A stretch of DNA of 57,780 bases, filler included, from Sphacelaria rigidula (taxonomy: Eukaryota): assembly GCA_964200075.2 (NCBI GenBank). It is 6 parts of 6 records of this genome, joined end to end, with 100 filler letters (N's around TTAATTAATTAA, not from the genome) between each part and the next. Parts side by side here need not be neighbours in the genome. Positions count along the whole stretch, not along the records: positions 1 to 9,548 come from CAXNAA020008255.1; positions 9,649 to 19,195 come from CAXNAA020008256.1; 4 more parts are not named here. One strand, given 5' to 3'. Position numbers and translations under genes: made by a program. A model generated the notes under the pieces. It saw only the letters and a list, made by a program, of their open reading frames with translations, did not search any database and was not told the origin of the DNA. Below, piece by piece: positions 1 to 12,344 of this stretch. How positions within the stretch are numbered: position 1 is the stretch's first letter; the number at the start of each line of letters is the position of its first letter.

Positions 1-197
1 CTACTGAATATCTTGCATTTGGATGACAGCCTCAAATGAGTTGCTTTATTTTCTGGTATCGCCACTTCCAGAGACAGCCACGGCTTATACACTGCCTCAT
101 GGGTGCTGGGGGTGGGGGGAGGGGGGCGTACTCATTTGTTGCTTGCCTTAGTCGTTTGACCATTGATCACGCACCCATTTCGAGACAGGAGCACCGT
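1..197 (-). mobile_element. Two adjacent fragments of the G/C-run-associated repeat family
   Basis: 1-104 is the reverse complement of ~57436-57540; 122-197 is a diverged reverse copy of the family's fixed end (GGGGGCGTACTCAT...GACCATTGATCACGCA). Confidence 0.8.
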
Positions 198-448
198 TCC
201 TACTCCTAATAAGGACACCTCCAACATTTAGGTGCTGACTACGGTTCTTCAATACACTACACGAAAACTCTTTACATTTCGTATCCCCGTTCTGTTTCGC
301 CGTCTCTGGCCAACATATCTCCTAGTATAGCCATCGTTTTCTCCCTACTGTCTAATACATGGAAAAAAAAAACGTATCCCGCGAAGGGGGGGGGGGGTGA
401 TGTTATCCTCGATACCTCTAAAGAGTGGTCTTGCACTGTGTANNNTTT

Positions 449-520
<72 letters not shown>

Positions 521-1022
521 GTTGTTGTGTTTTTTGTTATCCTCGATACCTCTAAAGAGTGGTCTTGCACTCTCGCAGTAATTCCATTGCTTCGGAGGAG
601 TGCGCTGTCATCGTAGGTCGTGAAAAAAATGGACTTGTGAAAGGTTGATGATGTACATCTGTCACCTTCCGTACCGTACTACTTCATTGTATGCCCTGGC
701 CGGGTCCGGAGGTAAGGATGGATGTGCGTTCCTTTTTTGTCAAAATCGACTTTCCCCTTCGCGCACCTTTGTATCGGGTTGTCTGCTTGCGACGGTGTCA
801 TCCTCCACTCACGCTCTTTAGTTTATTTTCATTTTTGTTTTCGGGGAGGGGGGGAGAGGGCACCTCTTTCCTACGAGACGGCAATTCGAGCCCTGTTTTC
901 CTTCAGTGCTCTCTCACGTAACCCTTATACTGTAGATCGAGGTGCCTCTATGAATATTCTTTGCTATTTCTCTCTTCTTTTTCCTCTTTATTTATTTTTT
1001 TCTCCCGCCGCTGTTGCGACAG

Positions 1023-1120
1023 AAACACTTGCCACACCGACAGCTATGCGAATTGGTGGACCACTACTACGGCGGCTGGAAAAAGACCGCAGCATATCAG
1101 CAGCTCAAACGATCCATCAG
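1023..1120 (+). CDS. Exon of SANT/PHD/RanBP2-ZnF chromatin protein: C-terminal half of a SANT (ELM2-SANT-like) domain; gene is 5' partial
   Basis: Polypyrimidine tract + CAG acceptor and CAG|GTATGC donor; translates KHLPHRQLCELVDHYYGGWKKTAAYQQLKRSI, resembling the LPx(R/K)xxxELVx(F/H)YY..WKKT end of MTA/RERE/MIER-type SANT domains; phase-2 end fits exon 2327. Confidence 0.75.
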
Positions 1121-1247
1121 GTATGCTTGGCTCCTCGATCTCATCGGCCAGGCGGATGTGCACATGACGGGCGGGTATGATCATGTATGGGGTGAAAGCC
1201 ACCGATGACTCGGAGTGGGAAGCTTGAAATGTCTCATATAAAACTTA

Positions 1248-1569
1248 CACGCCCTGGACGATAGATGATATTGTAAAAACATGTACTGCGTACAGTATGG
1301 AATATATTGTCTGTTAGCAGTAGACGCAATAATTGATACTGTACGCAGTACACTTTTCGACAATGTCATCTATGCTCATCATCCAGGGTGTGAAAATTTC
1401 ACACCTTGGACACTGCATGGTGAATAGTTGCAATAGACAAGAAATGTACTGCGTAGCGTATAGGCCTATTGCAGCTATTGTTGGCCGACAATAATCGCAA
1501 TAGGCCTATACGCTACGCAGTATATTTCTCGTCTGTTGCAACTGTTCACCGTATATTGTCCAACATGGG
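1248..1569. mobile_element. Two tandem palindromic MITEs of the CACACC(C/T)TGGAC family (1248-1392, 1400-1569)
   Basis: TIRs CACGCCCTGGA...TCCAGGGTGTG; internal inverted TGTACTGCGTACAGTAT/ATACTGTACGCAGTACA and GCGTAGCGTATAGGCCTATTGC/GCAATAGGCCTATACGCTACGC. Confidence 0.85.
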
Positions 1570-2326
1570 GAAATTTGCAATGTGACCCAAAATTGATTTT
1601 TTTTTGCATGATGAGAAACGTGGGACTTGGCAAGCTTTTTTTTTTTTTCCATACACAAACGGCGATCGTAACATTTGCATTTTTGTCTTGCAATAATGAA
1701 AACCTTTGAAGGTGAAAGTCGTTTTTTCCTTCTTCTTTTTCATACTCGCAGCGTGCGCTTTTTTGTCGTTGCGCACCCGACAAGGAAATGAGCGGTCGAA
1801 TTCGCTGAAGAGCGATAACTCGCTTGACGCGGGCGAGCTACTTTGAGCTCAATTCAATTCAGTTCGTGTTGTTGCTTCGTAACATGACATTCGACACCCG
1901 CCACGAGAGCAAATGATGCGTACAGCTCAATCGAGCGTTGTGTTCGCCTTGAGCTGTGGTAGTGCCGGGTAATCCGTGTCAGAGTCGGCAGCCTTGCGTA
2001 CCTTGGCGTATGTGCATGTGGCCAACAGTTGATTTTTCGTCCTTGCGTAATGTTCAATTGTGCGCCGGGTTCGCACAAATACCCCCCTCCATTTTTGCAT
2101 CAAGTCGTCAAAATCTGCTAGAGGGGTGGGGCGGAGAAAGTAACGGGGGGAGAGAAGACGCAGTCTGACGGTTTTTCTCGAGACCCCCTCGCGTTATCGC
2201 TAACGCATCCGCCATGTATGCTTCATTTTCGTGTCGCCTGTTACGAACCTGACGGCGACCCGCCTCCCGTGCCTGAATGGATTGGGGTTCCATCTGCAAT
2301 GATCTCTGTCGTTTGGTGTATCCAAG

Positions 2327-2403
2327 TTTGGCGAAGCTGCAGTCTGTCTGCTGGTCGTGCAAAACGGAGGGCGATTTACTTTGCTGCGAAGGCTGCGACG
2401 CAG
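2327..2403 (+). CDS. Exon of same gene: first half of PHD finger
   Basis: AAG acceptor and CAG|GTTAGT donor; translates (S)LAKLQSVCWSCKTEGDLLCCEGCDA; the phase-1 join to 3225 gives the complete C4HC3 PHD CWSC...CCEGCDAVYHFKC...WFCPDC. Confidence 0.88.
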
Positions 2404-2476
2404 GTTAGTGACGCTCCATTCTCCCACGGGATACTGGCTGCTGTGAGGACTTTCGCTTGTCGCGCTCTGGTTGCTT

Positions 2477-2620
2477 GAGTCTTGAGCTCGTGGACATGTA
2501 TACGTAAAGCGGGAGTATTGAGCTTGTGGATATGTATACGCAGTGCTGGAGTCTTGAGCTTGCTGATGTGTCCATGTAGTGCTGGAGTCTCGAGCTTGTG
2601 GGTATGTGTACGTAGTGCTG
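2477..2620. repeat. 4 x 36-bp minisatellite in the PHD intron
   Basis: Unit GAGTCTTGAGCTTGTGGATATGTATACGCAGTGCTG starting at 2477, 2513, 2549 and 2585. Confidence 0.9.
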
Positions 2621-3224
2621 AGGTGCACACAACACACACATTGCTGAGGGAAGTTGCCTATTATAGGGCACCGTACAGTACCCCGAAACATGAGGGACGT
2701 GCTCTAATGATTATTCTGATGGGACACAGACGGGCCTTTGCTGTGTCAAGCGTAGAGGGAAATGACTGGACGCGGGTCGGTACCATGCTGGTACCATGGG
2801 AGAAGAGGAGTGTGGCTACTCTGCAGCAGCAATACGGTCGTTGGATTGATTTCACGGCCCTTGCCATTTGTTGTTGTTGTCATTCGTTCAGTTCCATGAG
2901 GTGCCTTTCATGGTGTATCTATCTTGTTGGCCTGTGCAAGGAAGGTGTTCGTGACCGGAATGTCCAACATGAAGGAAAAAAGGTGCGTCTATGATTCAAC
3001 CATAGGGGGAAACAGGAGAGAACAAGAAAAAGGGTGTGTGTTTACCGTTCTGCCTCACACAGCTGACACGGGTTTTCTCCCTTCTCTTCTCCTTCCGCGG
3101 CGTTTTTTTTTTCGTTATTGGTGGTGCATTTTTATTACCCACGCGCGCATGCACGCAATAATCGTGACTTGAACACGCGTCATTGTACACATGCACATGA
3201 TTTGCGGATGTAACGCCGCTGCAG

Positions 3225-3338
3225 TCTATCATTTTAAGTGCATCGGGGTGAATAGCGCGCCCCAGGGGGACTGGTTTTGCCCGGACTGCGCCAAGGCAAG
3301 GGCCGCCGCGCCACCAAAAACGCCGTCGCCTCAGCCGC

Positions 3339-3372
<34 letters not shown>

Positions 3373-4648
3373 GCAGCAACAACAACAAAAACGCGATGCC
3401 TCGTCAATCACTGCCACCGCTGCAACGTCCGGCTTGTCGTCGTTGGCGAACAAGAGAGTACGAATTACAGCACCAGCAGCACCACCAACGGCGACAGCAA
3501 CATCCGCTTCACTTTCTACCGCACTGGGCACTGGTGATGGCAGTGTCAACGACAACAACAACAATAACAACAAAAACAACGGCAGGCGGGCGCTGCACAT
3601 CAACATACGACCACGACCCCCTCCTCAACAAGCGCGAACGCCAAGCTCCGGCAACGCTTCAACTTCTGGCAATGGCTGCCGTGACGAAGACGGCTTCTTG
3701 CCCAAGCCGGCAGTCGCCACGCCAGCGGCGTTGCCACGACCGCAGGTGGCGAAACCGGCCCCGAAATTGCCACCGATGATCGAGCGTGTCCCGATTCAGT
3801 TCGGGAACAGAGCGAAGTTGCGGGCTGCGTCGGCATCAGTGGCGGCTCCTACCACTACAACGACTACTGCTACCACTAGTGCGACTACTCTGGCGCGGGC
3901 TGGAGGAGTTGCGCGGCCAGCATCAAAAGCCTCCGCGCCGCCGTCGTCGTCGTCGTCGTCGTCGTCATCGGCATCGGCATCGTGTTCATCGTCGGAGCCG
4001 CATGCCGCGACTATTGCTCCTGCTGCTACCGCTACTACTACTGCTCCTGCTCCGGCTGCGCCGACTATTCCGGCGCGAAGTGCGCAGACGAGTGCGCGTG
4101 CCTCAGACAAGTCAATCGAATCAAATCGCCAGGTCCCAGGCATCTTGTTGCCGGTGAGTAAGGCCTCTTCGGCGACGGCAGCGGCGATCGGGGGTCGGAG
4201 AAATAATGGCACCGGGTCATCGACCGCACATGACCACGAGCCGGGGCCAAAGATTAAGCCGGAGAAGTCGAAGAAAAAGCTGGAGCCAAAGCCAAAGATG
4301 AAGCTGGAGCCAAAGCCGGTGCCGAAGCAGCGCAAGGAGGGCAGCTGGATGTGCCCCGAATGTGACACCTGGAATGGGTATAACGCGCTGATATGCGAAA
4401 TGTGCAGCGCGGAGAAGTCTGATGACGACGAAGACGTATACCTCACCGCCGTCACTGCCGCCGCTGCCGCCGCCACGACGACTGTGAAGAACGGCGCGGC
4501 GGCTGCGGCTACGGCTTCGGCAACTATTGCGGGGACGCGCGTGAGCGCCCGTACGAAGGGTAAGAAGAGCGATAACAATGGAAAACGATCAACGAAGTCG
4601 TCGTACAATCATGTCGATGTTGATGATCGCGCCCGCCTCGGCACGGGC

Positions 4649-4739
<91 letters not shown>

Positions 4740-4933
4740 GCAGCGGCAGCGGCAGCAGCAACAACAACAACAAGAAGCTACGCGTGGATGCGATTTCGTA
4801 CAGGAAGTGGAGGTGCGAAAAATGTGGGAACTCCAACCCTGCGCGCGCAGATGTGTTGTGCGAGTGGTGTCAGGAGCCGAGACCTGAAGACACCGACACA
4901 GATGTTCCTGAGTGTAACCTCGACCCATCCAAG
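3225..4933 (+). CDS. Large exon of same gene: second half of PHD, long Q/A/S/T/G low-complexity region, two RanBP2-type zinc fingers
   Basis: Lies in ORF 3191..5041; CTGCAG acceptor, AAG|GTGAGC donor; motifs YHFKCIG...GDWFCPDC, WMCPECDTWNGYNALICEMC, WRCEKCGNSNPARADVLCEWC. Confidence 0.9.
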
Positions 4934-5085
4934 GTGAGCTTACAAACGTTCGTTTTCCTCTCTCCCTCCCGCTATCCCTCCCTCTACCTCTCGCTTTCTC
5001 ATGCCCACCACACCACGCTGCACACACAACTTGCGGATTGAATCATCATGTCGAAGTGAGATGAAATAGTTGACCCGCCCCCCCC

Positions 5086-5198
5086 TCGCTTGGTGATTGC
5101 GGGCCTTGTCCGGCGAAAACCTGACGTGCTCCGTCCTGGCTCGTTAGGGATGCGAGATCAATGATCTTTTGACTACGGCATGCAAGATCATGAGTGCA
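5086..5198 (+). mobile_element. Truncated copy of the G/C-run-associated repeat, intronic
   Basis: CGCTTGGTGAT...TCCGGCGAAA...GCTCCGTCC...GGCATGCAAGATCATGAGTGCA flanked by C-runs on both sides. Confidence 0.85.
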
Positions 5199-5267
5199 CC
5201 CCTTCCCCCCTTCCCCCCTCCCCACCCACCCACCGTATTTTTGTTTTGGCATCTTTCGTGTCTGAAG

Positions 5268-5366
5268 TGGTGGATTTGCCCACCCTGTGAAATATTCAAC
5301 TGTACCCAACGCTGCAGAGACTGCGAGCAGCCCAAGACCATGGTAATGAAGTCCATCCAAGATTGA
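5268..5366 (+). CDS. Probable terminal exon of same gene: third RanBP2-type zinc finger
   Basis: TGAAG acceptor after a pyrimidine-rich tract; phase 0 matches the preceding donor; WWICPPCEIFNCTQRCRDCEQPKTMVMKSIQD-stop (an internal ATG|GTAATG donor is an alternative). Confidence 0.8.
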   Translation, partial: WWICPPCEIFNCTQRCRDCEQPKTMVMKSIQD

Positions 5367-7232
5367 ATGGACGAATAGGATGAATATGGAAAATCATCGG
5401 ATGCCTCGATTCCTGAGCCTGTAGCGGGTGTTTCCTTCAGTTTGCCTACAGGGGGATACAAAAGTATGTATATTATGGTCGCATACAGGCTACGGAAGAT
5501 GAAGGTTCGTCTGGCTGTAAGTGGGTTCGTAGCTTGTTTGGCTGAAAGTGTGTGATGACTCCCGTTGCGATTGTACATAAGGTTCACGACTGGCTCCGTG
5601 ATGACTCCAGCTGTCGGATTGTTGATTGTCGATCCATGGTGTCATGAACGATCGGCTCCACAGTGACATATCCCTCACGAGAGGAGTGGTCTGCGAGCAG
5701 TGCTGGCTCGAGAGTTTCTTCATATGTCAATTGCGGGTAGGATTAAGAGGGCTAATGCGATGGGGGGGGGGTGTAATATTATAACATGGCTTCATTCATA
5801 GGGTGGTCGCGTGTGGTCGCGTGTGGACCCGTGGTAGCGGACTATCTCCGTATCTCTTTCTCTTTGCAGTACTGAAAAAAAAGCAAACTGCGTGGCACTT
5901 TATCCTTCTGTCTCCCTGCCTGCCTGCCTCTCACCAGTAATTATTGCACGGTAAAGGGATACCCCGGCACATTACCAGGGGGACGCTAGAATACCTGTAT
6001 TGTTTGCAGGTGTAGGTGGTCATGTCGGTGGCACGCCATCAGATAATGTAGTCAATCCCTAAGTGTCCTAGGGAGTCATTTCGTGCACGGCGTGTGTGTT
6101 GACTACGCTGGCTCGACGGGGGGTCACGGGGAGATACGTCCAACGGTATGGGTGATGTATGTGACTGGCAAGCGCTTCGCGATCGTAGACCATTGATCTG
6201 CACTCGTGCCACCCGCGTGTGACGAAGTATTTTAGCTTCGCACTGACGAAGCTTTAATTTGGGACGCAGCATTTGGGATTATGGCCGCCGCAGTATCGAA
6301 GGAAACGGAGGTTGAAGAATCCATGACGCGGAGATTGTCATGGATCGTCGCGTACAGTATTAAGGAACAGTAGTTGGGACCCCGAGCTTGAACGCCTTGG
6401 GAGTATAGAAATACGGCACTGGATTTGTTGTCTTATCAACGTCTGCGGGATGGAAATAGTGTGAGGCCGTTGGTCAATCCTGACGCCATCGCTTGATTCC
6501 AAATTTCTCATCAACTATTAGGTATTGGGACTAACTCTGTGATCTAGTGTACAGTACGTATTTTTGTCTGGTGAGGCTGATCGTGTGTTTTGATCGACCC
6601 AGGATCGAAATAGCGTTTGTCGTGATTTATTGTATTTTTTGTTTCAGGCTGTAGTAGGCCCGTTTTGTTCGGTCATCAAGAAACATTTCAGTACTTGCAA
6701 CATAATCAGCGTTTTGACAAAGCGTTCTGTCGTGTAGCTTTTGGGGGGGGGGGTTCTTCTCGGCAGAAGATTTAGGTGCTAGATTTACGCTTTTCATGGA
6801 TGACTCTTTCAGAGATGAAAGTCGGGTGCCATCAGTATATATATATATATATATATATATATGCGTACTGTAGGGACCGATGGCCTTCTAGCATGTCTTG
6901 CGAATTGTCCTCGTCTATCCAGACTGGTTATGGCCCGTCCATCCGGGCCGTCTCGACTGGTGATGATGTATCTTAGTGCCTCAACATTGAAGGATCAATA
7001 TCTAGACACACACACATGCGATAGAGTTTTTGGTTTTTTCAGTTGCATGTGGGGTTTGGGATTTGGTGAACCCTCTTGAGGTATACGTGTACGCACCCCG
7101 GTCAGCGTAGCGTATGCGTCTAGCCGACGCCTTTTTGAAGCCGGACGTGGAACTTCCGTGCTGCTCAGGCGGAAGCGGGTGACCTCAACACCCAAACAGG
7201 ATACGTATATACTACGTGGCAATCGGGATGGA

Positions 7233-7305
7233 GGGGGGTACTCATTTGTTGCTTGCCTTGAGTCATTGAACATTGATCACGCATCCCTCCATCCCTCAAG
7301 ACGCA
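7233..7305 (-). mobile_element. Truncated copy of the G/C-run-associated repeat
   Basis: GGGGGGTACTCATTTGTTGCTTGCCTT...CATTGATCACGCATCCC, very similar to 122-180; G-rich flanks. Confidence 0.75.
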
Positions 7306-8659
7306 GCGGGGGGAGAGAGGAGGGAGGCGTGATGCTCCGTCCCCTGGTGGTGGTCATCGCCTTGCCTCGTGTCTCGTCTGTTCATTCCAGATGCTCAGGT
7401 GTGTCTACCCTTGAAGTTCGATCAGGAAAGTTTGGCGGGGTATGAAGACAAGCACCTTCGGGTGTTGTTGTAGTGTGAGTTTTGGTGGTTGATAGATGTG
7501 AGTCCACCCTGTTTTTCTTCCTTTCATTTTTTTTTTTTTCGTGCCGGGGACGTTTTGGCGACGGACGCTGAGCCGGGTTTTTAGTATTGGAGAGTTTTGT
7601 TTGTGTTTGTAGGAGCAGCAGTAGATACGACGTGGACAGCTTGTCTCTCTCCGACCGAACCAGTGGTGGCGTTGGCGGTGTCGGGAAGGTGAATGACCGA
7701 GGTGTGGGAGGGAGGCCCGGGAGAAAAGGCGATCCAACCCGATGGCTTGAGGAAATGTGCTGTCCTGTCCTACTATATGTTTAATCTTCCTGCAGTATAG
7801 TACGTGCATGCTGCCGTTTTCTCCACTTGTTCTTTCGTTCTGTTTTGTTGTTGTCGTCGTCGTCGTCGTCGTTGTTTTTGTTGTTGTCATTTTACGAATT
7901 GCTTTTCGGGACATACTGTGTGTACAGGAGAATAGTGAACCAGAGTAACTCAACTACCGTTCCTGTTTCCATGCTCTATTTGTTTTTGCGATCAACGCCC
8001 CACGTGAAAACAGGTAGATATTCAGTTGTTGTTGGATCTACTCTGCATTTTTTTGCTGTGCCACGGTGTTTTGCGTACTATCTTGTATGTACAGTATGCG
8101 ATGTGATCTAATGTGTTATGCACCCTAGGTTGTGTATAATGGGGAAGGAGGAGCTGACGTTTCTGTTCATTTCAATAACCTTATCTCCGAAATGTGTCTG
8201 GTTGATTGTGGGTGAGGACTCGAAGAATAGTGAATCCTGATTCATTCATCGACCGGTGGTTCTTGGGGAATACTTCACCGAGCTAGCCGAGAAGCGGCGC
8301 GAATGAAATCCCTCAGCCGTGGGGTGAAACCAATGTATATCTTCATTGCGTTCGTCTCGTCAATCAGCAGAAATCTAGAATTCCACATTTCCAGAAAAGA
8401 TTGGTCAATGCCTGAAACAGTTTCACTGCCGAAATGCCCCTCCAGGTCTTGAACGAGGCCTCATACGCTTTCTGTAGTAGCTTGCCACTGAAGCCCCTGA
8501 AATCCCCGAGAGTGATATCGACTTTTCGCCCTTAAACACGGGATCTTAAAAATTGGGGATGGATATTTTATTGGGGATGGGAAACCCGGAGAATTAAAAG
8601 CTTCGTATCGACACCAAATCTTCGAAATATGGTTCCTTTTCTTCACCTACTGATAGCTA

Positions 8660-8853
8660 TTGACAACTGCTACACGCGAAAGAAATTTGGATTTCGATCA
8701 CCGAAATGTTGGGATCCCAGGTGAAAAACCATTTTCGGAACCATTGTGACGTCCGTTCGGATACCCGGAATCCCCCCAAATTGGTTTTGTATCTAGGATC
8801 CCAACATTTCGGTGATCGAAATCCAAATTTCTATGGCGTGTAGCAGTTGTCAA
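8660..8853. mobile_element. MITE-like inverted repeat (~57-bp arms)
   Basis: TTGACAACTGCTACACGC..AGAAATTTGGATTTCGATCACCGAAATGTTGGGATCC is mirrored at 8797-8853; no clear TSD. Confidence 0.8.
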
Positions 8854-9499
8854 ATCATTTTCACTCGAAAATTTACATTAGTACGTGAACCTGATTACCG
8901 CCCCTTGTGGTCACAGGGTCAACATTCCCAGAGAGCTAGTCGTTGGATGTACATTCCGGAAGGAAATGAACAGCTAAATACGGGTTGTTTTATTCGCAAC
9001 GGGCCACAATCCTACACTCGCATCTAAGGTGTTGATTGAATGGGCATTATGGAATGCATTGATTTGTGTGCGACCTGTAATCATGACCTGCTCCATGTAT
9101 AGCGGCGCATTGAAAGAAAGTTTTGTTCCGACGAAACAGATCGTACAGCTCACGACCCGTGATATACACGTGTTCCGCAACGTCATTCGACAAGGTTTTC
9201 ATGAGATGGAGAACATGGCATTCGTCGAGAGTCAGCTTTTTCATGTTCATATGGAAAGTTTCTGGGTGACCCTGCAGTGCTGTTCCTTTTCAATTTGTTG
9301 GGGGTATTGTACAGCGGTTGCAATTCGTCATCCGTGGCGTCCATTGAAGACGGTCATGCGCCAAGACCTGAAATATGCCGAGGTTGGAGGGGCGGGCGTC
9401 CTTGGAAGAGAGGTGTCCACATGACCGCGGCAAAGTCGCACTACAGACCTGCTCATAGGCTGAGGCAGCCGAGTGGGAAATGATGTACATCACGGCGGA

Positions 9500-9548
9500 G
9501 GGGGGGGGTGTACTCATGATCATGCATGCCATAGTCACAAGACCGTTG
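9500..9548 (-). mobile_element. G/C-run-associated repeat end at contig break
   Basis: G-run + TGTACTCATGATCATGCATGCCATAGTCACAAGACC; near-identical piece at 10178-10218. Confidence 0.8.
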
Positions 9549-9648
9549 NNNNNNNNNNNNNNNNNNNNNNNNNNNNNNNNNNNNNNNNNNNNTTAATTAA
9601 TTAANNNNNNNNNNNNNNNNNNNNNNNNNNNNNNNNNNNNNNNNNNNN
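9549..9648. other. Artificial contig-joining linker
   Basis: 44 N + TTAATTAATTAA (stops in all six frames) + 44 N; identical to four other linkers spaced ~9647 bp apart. Confidence 0.97.
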
Positions 9649-9745
9649 CCCCCCCCCCCCCCCCCCCTCCCCTCCATCGCAGCATTACTCACAAGCACAA
9701 AAACATTCACCTGTCCATTCGAATTGATGCCACCGAAACACACAG

Positions 9746-9859
9746 GCCAATCCAATCTTGGAGTCTTTCGGTAACGCCAAAACGGTTCGAAACGATAACT
9801 CTTCGCGATTCGGAAAGCTCATCACCATCAAGTTTGATCCCATGGGGGCCATTTGCCAG
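9746..9859 (+). CDS. Myosin heavy chain motor domain exon (switch I)
   Basis: CAG|...|[44 protein letters not shown] contains the canonical myosin [17 protein letters not shown] motif. Confidence 0.96.
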
Positions 9860-10597
9860 GTATGTATGGATTTCCGTTTTCTATTCGGTTTTTTTTTATC
9901 CCCTCGAGGATGTCAACTTCTGTTTCTGGTGCTATTGGAGGGTTTGCCGGGGTAGCGTCACTTGAAGCATGAAGCCGTACGTGAGTAGCACGGAAAATCT
10001 ATTTTGATTGATGGTGTAAGGGGGGCAGGCAATGCGGTGCGGTCGTGGTGATTCAATGCGCGTCACCATCAAAGTGTAACACGTGCACGGTGAAAGATAT
10101 GGGTTGATGTCCTTTGGCAATGGATTTGTTCGAGGAAGGGAAGGGGTTCAAATAGAAGTGACACAGTCGAAGAAATAGGGGAGTGTGCCCATGATCATGC
10201 ATGCCATAGTCACAAGACGGAAGAAAAGGGAGGGGTGTTCGTTGGATGCCTTCTTTCTCGAAGGTGGAAATTTTCGTGGGTCGTTTCGGCGTTTGTTTGT
10301 TTTTAATCAGTGTACATGACGTGCACGTGTCGCATGTATGACCAGTTTTTATACCCAGTGAGGTAGCAGATGAACCGCGTTCTTTTCCTGTGACCTCTTG
10401 TTTTTTATGGCTGGATATGAGAGGTTTTTGCGCACTATCCTTGTTCAACCGAAACCATGTGGCAGAGGCCCGTTACTAATATTTTTTTCTGCCGTGTTCC
10501 CCCCCCCCCGTCCCCGTCCTTCGTTTTCTTAGTTCTCTCGGTTGGTCTGTTTCACCTTTTCCCCCTCCTGTTCGTCAGTGATTAGGGTTCGTCTCGG

Positions 10598-10891
10598 GTA
10601 CGTTTATCATGTTGCCACGGCTGGAAACCCGAGTGGTCAGTTAGAGAGCGACAATCAATCGATCATTCAAAAACGTGTGTCCGTTTCCCTTTTGGAAAAT
10701 ACTTTTTTTTGTCATGTCTGGTGGTCGTGGGCTTGTACCCATTATTTTGTACAGGTTTTATTCCGTTAGATGGTTTTTCCCTTGAGGCGTGTTTCAGTTT
10801 CGTTTTTTTCGGATACGTCTATCATGAGACCACGGCTGGACACCTGGGGGGTCAGTTAAAGTGCGACAGTTAGTTAATGAATCAATCAATC
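10598..10891 (+). mobile_element. Two LINE/SINE-like 3' end fragments with (AATC)n tails (10598-10664, 10814-10891)
   Basis: TACG..TATCATG..CCACGGCTGGA...TCAGTTA..GCGACA followed by AATC repeats; third copy at 51873. Confidence 0.65.
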
Positions 10892-11636
10892 ATCACCAGT
10901 ATGACGAATCCAAGTGTGTTCGTGTGACGATTGGAGGGTATCCTAAGATTTCACAGTTGGTCCAGTGATCCAATCACCTGTCGCCCCACCAAGAACAAGC
11001 TCGAATGATGTTTCCTTTCGAAATCGTTCTCGTCTTGTTTTCGAGAAGAACCGAATGTGAAATAGTTGTACAGGAGTCGATCTCTTGGCTATGTTGGCCG
11101 AATTTTGGAAGGTATGAGCCTCCTGATATGATACCAGGCACTGTTGGGCATAGACCTTTGCCCTTCATGCTTTCACATGATTCGCGTAAATCATGCGTTA
11201 AATCATGCGTTCTGGTTTTTCGGTCTCAAACACTAGAATCAGGTAATTTTGACGCCTCGGCTGGTTTCTGCTTTAAAATGACCCCTTCTAAACAAGGCGC
11301 GATTTTCTTTGGACAAAAAAAAAAGCATAATAGGCAAAAGCCTTTTGTTGGGACCACGGCTGGGTTTATTTTTTCGTCCACAATATGTATTTTTTTATGT
11401 TCGCGCTGACATGTATCCTGGACATGCTTGTCGGCTGCGCTCTCTCATGAACATCGTGCGATATACGTTACATAAAGAAGCCTCGACATGCAAGTTGTTG
11501 GCCAATAAAATAGGCTACTCGCAAGTCGGGTATCAATACCCCCCCCGCCGTCGTTCACCCGTTGTGGTACATATCCGTCTACAATTTTCTTCAAATCTGA
11601 AGGCGACCAGGGCTACACCAGCTGGAGGGAAGTTGG

Positions 11637-11853
11637 CACACCCTGAACGATAGATGACGTATAGTATCGACCATTACATCCATTCCATTAGACGTGAATT
11701 CTTCACTGTATCCAGTACATTTTTGACGAAGTTAATACGTCGTTATCAAGTGTACGGTGTACAGTATTGACTATTACGTCTATCGCAATAGACAGTAGAT
11801 GCCATACTGTATCCAGTACATTCTTGACAAGGTAATCTTTTGTCCGGGGAGTG
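11637..11853. mobile_element. Diverged MITE of the CACACCCTGGAC family
   Basis: Starts CACACCCTGAACGATAGATGA (as at 1248), ends TTTTGTCCGGGGAGTG; internal ACTGTATCCAGTACATT. Confidence 0.6.
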
Positions 11854-12344
11854 AAAGTTTGCCCGCACGTGCACGGCGTTCTCGCCTTTTAGAAACACTT
11901 GATGGTTTTAGTCGCCAGATCATGGTAACGCATTCCCGGATATAGCTCTGACCTTCACCTAACCTCCAACCCCAAGGCGTACCGAGAGACCTCGGGTAAG
12001 ATATGTTGGATTAGCCGCTGTTATTGTTGTGAAATGTTCTTGACTGTACGGGTGTTGATGCCCTTTGTACAGGGTCAGAGTTTTTTTTTCCACTGCATAT
12101 GGTACCTCAGAGCATTGTGCGTTGGCAGAGCTCACACTGGCGTCGATGAGGGCAAAATACGTGTTGCGCACGATGAAAGCACTCGGAACTGTCAACCCCT
12201 CAGAATATGAGTCTGATGATACTATACAAGAAAGCAAGTACTGTCAACCGTGATGATTCGAGAGCAACTCGCGCGAACCGTACTGTCACTTCATGACTGC
12301 TCGAATGTTCACAGCGGTACTTTGGCGCCCCCCCCCCCACAATG

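Noticed and set aside
2892..2982. Extra exon in the PHD gene (TCAG...AAG|GTGCGT)
   Set aside because: It would interrupt the PHD, which is already complete and in phase when 2403 joins 3225.
3277..5027. Overlapping ORFs with poly-C, poly-L, poly-A and poly-R translations
   Set aside because: Shadow frames of the trinucleotide-repeat-rich real exon 3225-4933.
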